Assembly: GCA_964106915.2 (NCBI GenBank)
Contig: OZ066919.1
From: Podarcis gaigeae
Lineage: Eukaryota
Strand: one strand, 5' to 3'
Length of the DNA stretch: 64,000 nucleotides
The stretch's first letter is position 1. Each line of letters begins with the position of its first letter. Shown here in pieces: positions 49,582 through 61,599 of this stretch. A program made the translations under genes and the position numbers. The notes under the pieces are model-generated. The model saw nothing but the letters and a program-made list of their open reading frames with translations, made no database searches and was not told where the DNA came from.

Positions 49582-51056
49582 CAGGGGTCTGCAACCTTTA
49601 AGACAAAAAGAGCCACTTGGACCCGTTTCCAAAAAAACAACAACAACTGGGAGCCGCAAAAACATTGCAACATTTAAAACAAATATAACACTGTATATAT
49701 TGTTTCTTGCCTTAATGCTGTATATACAGGATCGTGCAGTCAGCTGTCAATCTCAAGAAAAAAGGACAAATAGCTAATTAAAATATTTAATTTACAACCA
49801 GTAAATTAAATACCACTTCAAAACAGTGACCAGTGTATATGGCCCCTTTCAATGCAGCCTGCTTACAAAGGCGGGAAAGACCAGCAATAAGCTGTTGCAT
49901 AACGTTCCCCAAAGAAAGTGTTAGCTATTCACCAAACTTCCCCCTGCTTAGTTTAAAAAGGGGCTTCAGGCAACTAACTCCCACGTGGAATTTCCTATAG
50001 TAAGATGGCGGCCACCTCAGAAGACCACATGGGCAGATAAGATGGCTGCTGGGACGATCCGGTTACCCAGCAACAGCACAGCTGTTTCCGACGCTTTTGA
50101 AAGCAGCCGGCAAAGCAAGCGTTGGAGCGCCGAAGCCACCTCACCCCCACAACTAGAATGCTGCGCATGTGACCAAATGGCGAGGACTTACTTTGCTAGA
50201 GACAAGCCCCGACACTACCACAAGCCTCCCTCTCTTCGCACCGCCCAGCCTCCCAAGAAAAAAAACCCACCTCAAACAGTCACAAAGCACAAATTCCACG
50301 CGACCGCAACTTGCTATGCCCAATAATCAATGCCCCAAAATGCCATAGAAAATTAATCAGGGCCCCAGTGTACCATAAATCATAATCAGTGGCTGATGTA
50401 AATAATAATTAATAATGAGGCATTCGTCATTATAAAAATACCTTTTTATTATTCATTTGTTTGACCCCTCAGAATTACTCCTCCTCATAGAAATAAAATT
50501 AACAAGTTACCTTTTTTTGAGTGTGTGTTCTTCACTCCCCTTCAAAACAGTGACCAGTGTATACGGCCCCTTTCAATGCAGCCTGCTTTCCCCAAGGAAA
50601 GAACAATTCACCAAACTTCCCCCTGCTTAAGTTTAAAAAGGGGCTTCAGGCAACTAACTCCTCCGCCTCCTCCCCTCGCCTCCTCCCCTCGCCTCGCCTC
50701 CTCCCCTCGCCTCCACTCCTCGCCTCCTCCCCTCGCCTCCGCTCCTCGCCTCCTCCCATCGCCTCCTCCCCTCGCCTCCTCCCCTCGCCTCCACTCCTCG
50801 CCTCCTCCCCACGCCTCCTCCCCTCGCCTCCTCCCCTCGCCTCCGCCGCTCGCTTCCTCCCCTCGCCTCCTCCCCTCGCCTCCTCCCCTCGCCTCCTCCC
50901 ATCGCCTCCTCCCCTCGCCTCCTCCCCTCGCCTCCGCTCCTCGCCTCCTCCCCTCGCCTCCGCTCCTCGCCTCCTCCCATCGCCTCCTCCCCGGAGCCGC
51001 AGCAAAGGCTTTAAAGAGCCACATGCGGCTCTGGAGCCGCAGGTTGCCGACCCCTG
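49582..51056. mobile_element. Non-autonomous hAT (Charlie/Buster-type) transposon, 1475 bp
   Basis: 16-bp TIRs CAGGGGTCTGCAACCT / AGGTTGCCGACCCCTG, a perfect 8-bp TSD GTTTAGGG (49574-49581, 51057-51064) and subterminal GAGCC motifs. Confidence 0.95.
50660..50991. repeat. 13-bp minisatellite (CCTCCTCCCCTCG)n with variant units
   Basis: About 25 units including CCTCCACTCCTCG, CCTCCGCTCCTCG and CCTCCTCCCATCG. Lies inside the hAT element. Confidence 0.95.
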
Positions 51057-52559
51057 GTTTAGGGCTTTAAAGGTCAGCACCAACAGTTTGAATTGTTCTC
51101 AGAAACATACTGGGAGCCAATGTACAAGTCTCTATCCATTTTGATGTGAAGGTGAATTGCAAAGTAAAATTTTGCCTATATGGATTCCAGGACTTATTTT
51201 TTAAGGGACAACATCAAGGGGAACTTGGCAGCAGGGTGGAGACACAAGGCCTTGCACATTTTCTATGTAACCTCAGAAAAACTTCCTGGGAGGCAAAGGA
51301 GGCAATTTCAAACAGCCCTTTTGGAAGAGGATTATAATGTGGAGAGACAAAGGGGTGGGAGGCCTCATGAGTCTCTCCCTAATCTAACATGGCAGTGTTG
51401 GTGGAGATTACAGATATGAACTTTCCTGAGGAAGCCCTCTTGGCACAAATGGACATGTAGCCACACTCAGGCAATGTGTTGTCCACCCACACTTGGGGAG
51501 GAGAGGCAGAACTGTCCACAACATGGCAAGATATGCTGCAATTGGAATTGAATCCTAACAATTCTAACTGATGTAATAAAGTGTCAAGTGACTGAATATC
51601 TGGCCTTGTAGTTAACTTGAGGCATTAAACTTATGGTATGGTCCTAGCAATCCTGTGGGCATATTTTCCCACCTAATCCTGCAGCAATCCATAAATTATG
51701 TATGAGGTTGTCCTGTGTTTGTGTGTTTAATAGAAGTTTTTCAAACTGTAAATTCTAACAGGTAGGTTTTCAGTATTTGATATTTTTGGCTGAGAAATTG
51801 GCAAGTACCCCACTTTGCACTTTTGGGATAGGGAAGGCATCACAGGGTCACTGTTGGAGAGGGATGAGGGATTCAAGGTGGTATACACCAAGCTCCTTGA
51901 GACCTCTGGCACACTTAAGCGCATGCACTGTTCTTCTGACCACTACCAGCCTGCAGACCCTTCAGAGGATGCAGCTCTCATAGTGGAGAAGACTGCCTGG
52001 ATAGAAGTAGAGTCAAAGCAATGCTTCACCATGCTACAACTCTCTGTGAACTAGTTGGTGAAAGGCAGTATCTCCCCACTTTTCTTTGGGGCAGCCTTCA
52101 AATACTTCCGTTGCCAAGGCCTTGTGGGTATCTGAATGGAGAGGCAGCTTGCATTCAGAAAGGATCATTTTGGGGGATTTGGGAACTATCTTCACCAGTG
52201 CATCTGCATTAAGTGATGGGTTTTGCAGCATTTGCTGCTTCCAGGTAAATTCCAGTTCTAGGGTTTCATAAAGTTCCCATTGAAACTGTAGCCAGCAGCA
52301 ACTGAAATCATGTTGCAGCACCTCATCTAGCAATGTTGCAGTTATCTTTCAGTATATGCTTTTCCCAGCATAGAACCCTTGCATGTTATAATCGTTTTTG
52401 CTACTGTATTAACAACGCCTTATTGGCATCCCAAAGTTACCTGTAGATCTGAAGACATGGCTACACTGCTTCCCCTCTCTCCTGCAATCAGAGTCTGTCT
52501 ATCTCTACTATAATATCAGCCTGTTTCTCTTTAGAGTTGGATGGAGTTTGAGAAGGTTT

Positions 52560-52650
52560 CAGGCAAGGGTCTCTACCTGCCTACCTAGACTGAACCTTGG
52601 ACCTTCTGCATGCAAAGCACCTGCTCTACCACTGAGCTACAGCCCTTTCC
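52560..52650 (-). mobile_element. tRNA-derived SINE head
   Basis: TGAACCTTGGACCTTCTGCATGCAAAGCACCTGCTCTACCACTGAGCTACAGCCC is the reverse complement of a tRNA-Ala-like head with A and B boxes. Confidence 0.8.
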
Positions 52651-53083
52651 TAAGATTAACTAGATTGCACTGAGTAATTCATGTAAACCTTTTAGAACAG
52701 TCCATTCATGTTTCCTGAATGCTCATTCTTCCTCTTCTCGCAATTGCAAACTCAGTCTTTTGCTACTTCAAAACTAACCCATGCATCAAGACATGTCAAT
52801 ATGGTGCAGTGTGTCAAATAAAGCGGGGAAAGAGCCTTAAAATTCGATAGTGATAGGGACAGATTTAATTTCTGCAGAAATCAATTAGCTGGAGAAAACA
52901 GGGTGCTGGGTGTGGTGAACAGGTATATAGTGCAGTGATGCAGATTCAGTTCCTCCTGCTCACCTGTCTATGTTGTAATAGAGTTGGGGTGGAAAGCTGG
53001 CCAGGATGAATGTCAGCATGACAGGTGCAAATTAGTTGTAGGAAGAGTTTATGTTTTTAGGTTGTAGTCCTATTCATACTTAC

Positions 53084-53476
53084 CAGTGACATGCAGTTAT
53101 TTTTTTTTCATAGGGGAACAGTTAAGGCCAGAGGCACCAACATGCAAGGGGAAGAGGGGGGGGGGGCACAACTTCATGCATGTGATATTGTGAAGTTGTG
53201 TATGTGAGCATCGCGCCTCCCTCCCTAAGCCTGTCAGAAGCTTCTTGGGCTTTGCAAAGGAGATGCCAGAGCTCTGACAGGATGCTAGAATCCTCCTGTC
53301 TCCTTCTGAAAGCCGATGGGCTTTGGCAAGATGGCAGGACAGATCTTGGACCCATCAGAGCCTTGCACCTCCCTCCCTAAGCTGGGCAGAAGCTTCCCAG
53401 GCTTTGGGAAGGAGGCACCAGGGGAACATTTAGGGGACTAGCCTAGTTCCCTTAGTCCAATTACCACACGGCACTG
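53084..53476. mobile_element. Probable DNA transposon (CAGTG...CACTG) with an internal duplication, inserted in an older MITE
   Basis: CCTCCCTCCCTAAGC..CAGAAGCTTC..GGCTTTG occurs twice (~53216 and ~53368). The flanks rejoin to a CCTATTCATACTTAC...CACTGAACTCAGTGGGACTTAC palindromic repeat, also seen at 61074-61150. Confidence 0.5.
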
Positions 53477-54049
53477 ATACGTGTCTGTGAATTTCTCACT
53501 GAACTCAGTGGGACTTACGGTATTTCTGAATAGATATGCATTGGATTGCTCAGTTAAAAGGTTTTATGCAAAAGCACTCAAAAGGAGAATATTAAATAGT
53601 GAAAGACCACAGAATAAGTTGCAGGCTGCATAACCCCCTTGTGCAAATATCAGCTGCAATGCATGAAGAAAGCTGCCCTCTTAGATCTTTAACGGTCAGT
53701 GGTAATGGTGGGATGAGCTCCTGAAAAGACACAGGTGCAAGAACAATGATTGCACAAGTGATCTCCCAATCTGTTGACTTGGCTACACATTGACTGACGT
53801 TGAATCAATTGCTGAATAGTCCAGACCACCCTGGCATTGTAGCAAAGCTTAAATTGTCCTAGAGACTTGTACCATGATAGACACAACTTGCATAGTGGAA
53901 ACCACTGGTATTTTTCTCAGGATATTACAAGTTCCCCCAATTCTGGTCCTCAAGACTGAACAGAGTACTTTTAAAACATATATATTACATATTTGACTGA
54001 ACACAGTACTGTAGATGATGGCTAGCAGGGCTGCATACAAGTGCATTGA

Positions 54050-54490
54050 CTAGTTTTTCTTTATCTTTAGATTCATTATATCCCTCTTTTAGGCCAAAGT
54101 CTTTGAAGTGGTTCACAATGACACCATCATATAAACTACAGACAATAAAATAAAATCTTATCTTAAAACATAGTTGTTAATACTACTAATGCAACCTTAA
54201 AAGTAGGAATTGCAAAACAATAACAAATAATTTTAATTCAGGGTTCACGAGTTAAACATCAGTCCTGTTTGACTCGGGGGGGGGGGGAGTGCATGCTGGA
54301 AAAGGTGAAGAGAGAAATTCCCTGAGCAAGTTCGGGGTGCCACACCTGAGAAGAACCTAAATCTTATAGCTGTCTGCTGTACACCAGATAGCAAGGACAC
54401 TTAAAACAGGGTTTTCCGAAATCATATTAAAACACGGGAAGGGATATGTGGAGGATATACTCCTCCAGATAGCCAAAACCCAAACTGTTT
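54050..54490 (-). mobile_element. Old L2 3' fragment
   Basis: ATTATATCC...AAGTGGTTCACAA tail, GGGGTGCCACACCTGAGAAG and CTCCTCCAGATAGCC..CCCAAACTGTTT. Confidence 0.6.
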
Positions 54491-54714
54491 TATTATCTCA
54501 GTTCCCACCTTATTTTGGTCAACATTTCTCATGCTTATTTTATCATACAGCAAACCCCTCTCTATTGCTACTATTTAGCCATTTATTTTCCTATTTTGTA
54601 TTTGAGGTTTTTGGCCTGTGTTATCATTTTCTTGGAATTAAATTTAAGTGTCCAGTACTCTCAATTTATCAAGAGGGTTTTGAATGTTAATATTTCCTTC
54701 CGAAGTGTTCATGG

Positions 54715-54800
54715 TCCCTTCCAACTTTGTGTCATCTGCAACTTTGATAAGTGTGCTCTACTCTTTTATCCAAGCCATTAATAAAAAGGTTGAATAGCAA
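54715..54800 (-). mobile_element. CR1 RT core fragment
   Basis: The minus strand reads approximately LFNLFINGLD...LIKVADDTKLEG (CR1 consensus LFNIFINDLD...LIKFADDTKLGG). Confidence 0.75.
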
Positions 54801-56034
54801 CATGTTTGAGATAATCTAATTACATTACTTTGGGCTGGAATGCATTCAGGGTTAGCTCTTAGCCACTGGGTCACATTCTGTTCCCTCTGCTGGATCAAGC
54901 GCTTCCTTCAAACTTTGGTTTAAGCTTGCTCCCCTGAAGCCAGAGATCTGAGTGTGATAGCATAGTCTTGCATTGGTGGAAGATGCAGGATGGCGGGTGA
55001 GCTTGTGGGGCAAGGCGCCTGGGGAGCTGTTCATCTAATTCCAGGAGGAGAAGTGTGTCAGCCTGAGCAAAATTGGCTGGCTGCTGGATTTATTCATTTT
55101 CCCTTGTCTCTGCCTTGTGGCAGGTGTTATGCTAAGAGCCTTCGCCGTGCAGCCATCTCACTAAAGCCCAGGGCGGCTTAGCACTTTAAATGGTTTTGCT
55201 GCCACTGCAGTGATCCATGCTTGTCAACAATTTGAGAGCCCTGGAGAGTGTCCACACAAACAAGATGGTAGAGGAGGAGGAAGCAGCCAGCAGCAAAGCT
55301 AAAGCAGGTACAAATGCATCCAGCCTAGACACGAGGATAAGCTATTCAGCTTCTCTTATTGTATTTGAAATGTTACTTACCTATGTATGAACTGATTTAT
55401 ATCGGAATCCTAGAAATTTCTCTCATCTCTGCACAAAAGCATCTTGCATTTCTTCTTTTCCAATGGCTAAATGTTAAGCACAGAGCCAAGGTTAGGACAC
55501 TTAAATGCCAACAGGCAAGTAAAGTCAAGTTTGAACAATTTCTGCATTCAATGACCAGCATAGTAGGGGACAACATTTCCACTCAGCCCAGTCTTTATTT
55601 ACAAGGCCAGGGCAAGAAATTGTATCCAGGAAGATTATATTTCCAATTGAAAATATTACCTAGCTACATGGAATATAGCCAAGCATGCAGACTCCTAAAC
55701 AAAACAACCTGAGCTCTTGATGCCCAGGGTGTCTCATAAAGTTTCTGAAAAATCTAAGTCACTTACACACAGGTGTTTGATGTGGATTCCCAAGGTAGCT
55801 AGTTCACTGTATCCAGAAGGAAGTTAAATTTTGAAACAGTGATCAATACAATTAGATTGGTGTTTGGAGCACTGAAACCTGCTCCCAGAAACGGAATTGC
55901 TTCTATGGAAGTACTGTATTAAAGGCATGTGCAGCCAGGCTGAACCAAAAGTGGTTGGCCTCTGAAGCCAGCTTGTGGTGTTCATACAGTGTTGTAGATC
56001 TTGTTATGTGTTAGCATCAGGTGCTTTATCATTA

Positions 56035-56200
56035 ATATTTTTATTTATTTACTACATATCTATACCACCCTTCATCTGAGGATCACATGGTGGTTTACAA
56101 TATAAACACACAATAATGCATACCACAATAACAATAACACAGTACCCCCCCCTCAGTTTAAAATGCCATAGATTGTTTATTAGCCAAAGGTATGGGAGAA
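56035..56200 (-). mobile_element. L2 3' tail fragment
   Basis: TTTA tail, TATACCACCCTTCATCTGAGGATCAC..GGTGGTTTACAA. Similar to 20040-20230. Confidence 0.65.
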
Positions 56201-58891
56201 GAGGTGCATTAAAGGAGTCACAATGTGGGCTATACTTTTCTTTTTATGCTGAAAGCACACAACTGTTTAAAGATTTTGTAGCCAGCTCCAGTTGCCTGAT
56301 ATTGATGGGAGAATCATGAGACTTCAAAAACAGAGGGGGTTCATTGGTTTTTTGTTGCCAAATCATTATCACATGAAACACCTATGCTTAGTCAAAGACA
56401 CTTTGAAGGAACTTTTATTTTATTGACATTTATATCTTAATACTCATGTTTTAAGGTGTGTGCCCTGCTGTCTTGAAAATGGTTAAATGAATGCATATTT
56501 CACTATGAAGACCATGCGGGGAGAAAAAAAACAAAGCTACTGACCAAAAGTACATCTGAGCAGCAAATTGGACATAAATAATCATACTCTTGACTGATCC
56601 TAGCACATGGGTGACAGACAAATTAAGACCATGAGATTTTGAGGTGCATGTCAGTAAGCACTGGATGTAACTCTTGGTCAGTGGGTTCCCTCTTGGGTAC
56701 AAATTGTTCTCACTGGACTAGAATCTGTGGAGCAAATGGCCAACAATCTATAAGCCACCTGGCCATTACATAGGTATCTAGGCCCTTTTCCATATTTTTA
56801 TGTTTTGTTTTGCTAGTTCTGCTTGCCATCTCAGGTGGTGCTGGTGGTAAAACAATCTCCATGAGTCAAGGCAATGGTGCTGTGGCCTGCAGGATACCTA
56901 GCGTCATATTCCTCATATCTGGCAGGATTTGATATGGTTTCAGTTATCCAGCACAATGGAAAATTGTTAATCATATGACTCTTTCCCAAGGAGAGGGAGA
57001 AATGACTTTAACAGCATTGGTGGGTTAACGGCTTGGCCTCGCTGATATGGCAAGGAGTTCAGTTCATGTTTGGTTTTAATAACCATCCCTTATTGCTAGC
57101 AAAAAAGATTCAAAGCAAACAGGCAACAGGGCAGTCAGAAGCCCTGTTGCCTACAACTTTTTCTCCCAGCCCGCCCCATACATTTACCTAACGCTAATGA
57201 GATGTATTGATTGGAATGATGGGATTTGTAAAGGTCGTGGGGTGACAGTCCATAAAACCAGCTGTGCCGGATCTGCAGCATCAGGGCCGATGGGTCTGGG
57301 GGGACAGATTAAGCCTTTGCACTGCAAGAGCTGACATCAATTACCTTGCAGATGTGTGAGCAGTTATAATGTATCTTCCCATGAGGCAGTTAACTCCACA
57401 GAGGTTCCTTTCCCCTACTCAGTTCTCCAAAGCCTGTTGAGTTATCTGGTTTAATCTTAGTAAATCAGAAAGGGAGAGGGACACAGAACTGCTTGTGCCA
57501 TACCCTCTTGGGAAGTGCTGGCCCACTTCCAATGCCTTTGTCATGTGCTGTGAATTCTGACTGAGTGATCAGCATAGATATGGTCCCGGAATCTAGACTG
57601 CCAGTTACCGTTTTGCATGATAGACACATGGTGTTTCTTTAAGGTCCTGGCCAGAATGCATAGTGAACTTCAACACACACATACACATTTCACACCTGTA
57701 ACAATAGATGACTTCTCCTTACCATGTGGCAGGAGATGCTTTCCCCTTAATGTTTCACTCCAGAACATGTGGAATGGTAAAAACAGTGGGCTGTGAGAAA
57801 CTCTGGAACACAGTAAGGGATTGGCTTGAAGATATTTTTGAAGACGGAACTTAAGGTAACTTAAATAACTGTCAATGCTTATCACTGCATTTGTTGTAAA
57901 ACTGCCACTACCCATAAGCTCAGTTTGCAATAATCAGCACACTTTAGCCTGCATACCCTTAAGGAGGTGTTCCAAAATAAGGTATTTAAAATGCAGTTAT
58001 CTCTTTTTACTAGTCCTTAAGATATTCCTGCCCTATGAAATTTCAGTCATTTGTGGTCAGCTTCTAATTTTTGCTTGTTTTTATTTTTAAAATGAAGAAA
58101 TTGCTGATTAGAATCATGACAGCTTCTCTCTAAGGGCATGTCTTTGCAGATCCCATTTTTAGATCTAGTACTCAGTTATCATCTAGTGAAAGATATCTCA
58201 TTTGAATTTGCTGTCTACTACTAATAAAGATTTTTTCAAGGCCTATGAATGTGTCTTACTTCCAACCCAGCCAGGTTATACTACATGTTGAAAGTAGGGC
58301 AAGTATCAACAATATCTGGCCTGCCAGTCAACATAAGCCTTATAGTTTCCTTCTTTTGGCCCACTAATTCCTGGTCTGGATTATTAGTTGTTCTTTTGAT
58401 GCTATCATTCCAGACCTAGTTCAGGATTTGGTGGAAAGCCACATTCCTTTTTGTGTTGATTTGAATTTGGTGCATGAAGGCAGACCTAATCCCAGTTATT
58501 TCATTATTTAGCCCTTTGTTGACTTCCATCCAAGTACTAAAATCCAAGCACTTAATCTCTACAGGTACATAGACCAGCGTATGCATCTATTCTAGTAATC
58601 ACTCTCTGTTGGTGGGTAGAGATTGATACTTAGGAGGATTTCAGATCCTTACTGTTAGCAGCAGGTTTATTATGCTGAAATGATGTATGGTATGCGCATG
58701 GTCCACAATGTACCGCAATGGCAGGTCTGAGGCAGAGGGAGTTATTAGCCTGATCCTTGTTGTTCTCCAATGTCATAGATGGTACTACTGCTCTTTAGTC
58801 CAGGAGGATCTTTGGTACAGCATAATTTTTTTCTCAGTACAAGCACCTTGTTACTCAAGTTGCATTATGTAGTCTTATCTAATTCTCTTAC

Positions 58892-58953
58892 TCAAATGAG
58901 CTAGTGGTAGGTGATGTAGTTCAAGCTACGTCACCTACCACTAGTTCTTTTGA
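58892..58953 (+). other. Long inverted repeat / candidate pre-miRNA-like hairpin
   Basis: 29-bp stem with a 4-nt loop (TCAA), one U.U mismatch and three G.U pairs when read on the plus strand. Confidence 0.6.
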
Positions 58954-59678
58954 TCTTTGTTTTCCTTCCTTGGAACCTGGCCATGCACTTTTGGGGAGCA
59001 AAGCTGCTTGCCTCTGGCTCTTAGGGCACTTTGTTGTTGGTTTTGAACTGAACATACAATAATAAAAAATAATAAAAACTGAAAAGTGTGTTTTATCTTG
59101 ATGTGCACATTTCTAAATTTATTTTATCTTAAAATATATACATTTTACACATTTTAGTACAGTTTATAAGTTGAAAACAGTATTGTAAAATTTGAAGAAG
59201 TATGAAATCTGAAATATAGTTACATTCATCCTTAGCCAAAGAGGTGTAGACTGCAGGGGAATTCATAGAAATCAAATTCTTCAGCCATCACTACTTTGCC
59301 TCTGAACATCAACAGACCTTCATACAACATATTTTCCCCAGAGGGAAAAGCATCTGGTCCTCTGTTCAAGGTGCAGTCAAAAGATACAGGCTACTGCATC
59401 TCACATTTAGTTTCAGCCTTGGATTGCTCTGCCTAGGCAATCCAAGGCTTCCCACATGATGCCACATCATGGGATGGAGCTGCTTCCTGTGGCTAAAATC
59501 CTCTAACCACAATAAACCAATGAAAATACATTTGTGGGCACCAGAAGACTCCACCTGATTTTGAAATTTTCCCCAGAGTATGTTGCCATGGGGGAATTTA
59601 ATATTAAATCCCAGCAAACACCCTCACCCTCTGCTCTTAACTCATCCATGAATGTAGCAGCATCTGTTCCTTCTTCCA

Positions 59679-59680
<2 letters not shown>

Positions 59681-59751
<71 letters not shown>
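59681..59751. repeat. Compound (GT)n(GA)n microsatellite
   Basis: About 15 GT units followed by about 20 GA units. Confidence 0.97.
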
Positions 59752-59753
<2 letters not shown>

Positions 59754-61599
59754 CTTGTGGGCTTGCTTGCTCTTTCTCTCTCCTGCTTTTTCTCTCTGCG
59801 CTGGTAATGAGTGGTTTGCAGTGGGAACTAAATGAAGTTGATTGCCCACTGGTGTCTGCCATTAGTGGTAATTAGTTAAAACATCAGAGTATAAACAGTA
59901 AATTGGATCTAATAATTAATACTAGCACTCAAGCATATGAGATAGACTGGGAGAGAAGCAGCAGCTTGTAAAATCAGTCGGGGATGTTTTAATTAAAAAA
60001 GAAAGAATGTAAGTAACACTGTATTGGAAAAAAGGACAAAAGGCATTGTGGCTGCCTGCGCTCATTAGCAGCCTAAGATTCTGTCTGCTCCAGGGCGCAG
60101 AGGAGGGACTACTAGCCCCCAGAAAACTCCAGGTGTGGAGCAAAGCAGGATCTTGGGTTTTCCATTGCATGCTGAAGGAGAAGGCGGAATAATTCCTCTG
60201 GCAAGTTAATTTCTGGAGCAGCGTGACATTTATTGGGGTTTGCCCCATCTTGGGTTAGTAGAAAGGTTTTGCAAATGTAACTTCTTCTTTTTTTGAAGCT
60301 TGTAAAATTGCAATATTTTCGCATGCCCACCAGGGTTTCCTGTTTTCAAAATCATAAAATTCGCAACAGGTCCCAAGTTTATACTTTTTAAAAAACAAAA
60401 TATTTTTGATAAGGGCAAAATATTATTCTTTTTTCTTTTTGCTGAAGACCAGAAGGTCTACATATGTAAAATGAGAGATGTAAAGGAATTAAAATAAAGA
60501 AAAGCAAATTACCTAAACAGGGCTGCAGTTTTACACACAGTTAAGCATGATGGGCAGAACAAACTATAACAAGGCAACGTGTGGCATGAAGTACCATGTT
60601 CACCAGCCCATATTTACAGCCCTAGTGGCCAGGGTAGAGGATAGGGTGGGTTTTTTGTTTTGATTTTGCTGCACTATCTGCCGTCTGGAACAGCAGATTG
60701 AGCACTTCTTCAGGAAACAGACTGGCCATGGATCCTGTGGATCCCACTCCACCCCGTGATGCTCCGTTTTGTGTTCTTCTGCTGATCACCTCAGGCAGTA
60801 GATTCCCAAATGCCTATGAGGCCTCCAAGTCAGCTGAGCTGAATGGTGAGAAAACACTGCCTAATCCAAACCCCTTCAAGTGATGCTGAGCAAGGGATTA
60901 GGATTGCACTGTTGAAGGTTTTTTATTTCAGTATAAATGAAGCAACCTTTACTGTTGTTTCTGAATCACAATCAAGCATGCCAAAAAGGACAATGAAGTC
61001 AGAGTTCATAATAAATCAGAATTTGTTTCATGCTTGGTGCAGCTTCTTTCCACCTTTGAGCCTATAGGTTTGGGGAACATGTGCAGTTATCTGCAGTGCA
61101 GTCTATTCAGACAGAAGTAAGTCCTACTGAATTCAGTGGGACTTTCTCCTTAGTAAGTGTGTACAGGATTCCAGACCTTTTTTTTTTTTTTAACTGAAGT
61201 TGACTTTGTGCACATGTGCAGTTATTATCTTGAGGACAAAGCATACGAGGCTGACCACTCCTGAAATAACAATCAGTTATGGCCACTGGTGCCCTGAAGA
61301 TCATTCGAATTTCCTAGTGTATATCTGCACAGTTCTATATTCACAGATCTGCTGGACTGTTTCCTTGCTTCCCATCTCAACTATCTTTATCCAGAGCTTA
61401 GTCTGCTAGTGGCCTGCACTGTTGATGCAGAGTGGCCTGGAATCAGGCAAAGATTTTCAGCCCACATAGCTGGCTTCCTACAGTGAATGCAAGAGTGATG
61501 TGGAAGAAATAGTACCTGATTTTCCTGATGATGCATTGATGTTTGTGTGCTGCTGAATATGCTACAAACTTCCTTCTAACATTCTTCCATTCGTGTAAG

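Larger units (their letters stand above)
49258..51122 (-). mobile_element. L2 3' fragment interrupted by a hAT element (L2 parts 49258-49581 and 51065-51122)
   Basis: Collinear with 12078-12444 once 49582-51064 is removed. (TAA)n(TTA)n tail. Confidence 0.88.

Noticed and set aside
50525-51144. Long Pro/Ser-rich and Arg/Gly/Glu-rich ORFs on both strands
   Set aside because: They are translations of the stop-free 13-bp minisatellite inside a hAT element.
51815-52054. 79-aa ORF with protein-like composition
   Set aside because: No recognisable domain, non-ATG start and no convincing splice boundaries.
58897-58921. Resemblance of the hairpin 5' arm to let-7 (UGAG.UAGU.G...UAGUU)
   Set aside because: The seed differs (GAGCUAG versus GAGGUAG), and the length and loop do not fit let-7 precursors.
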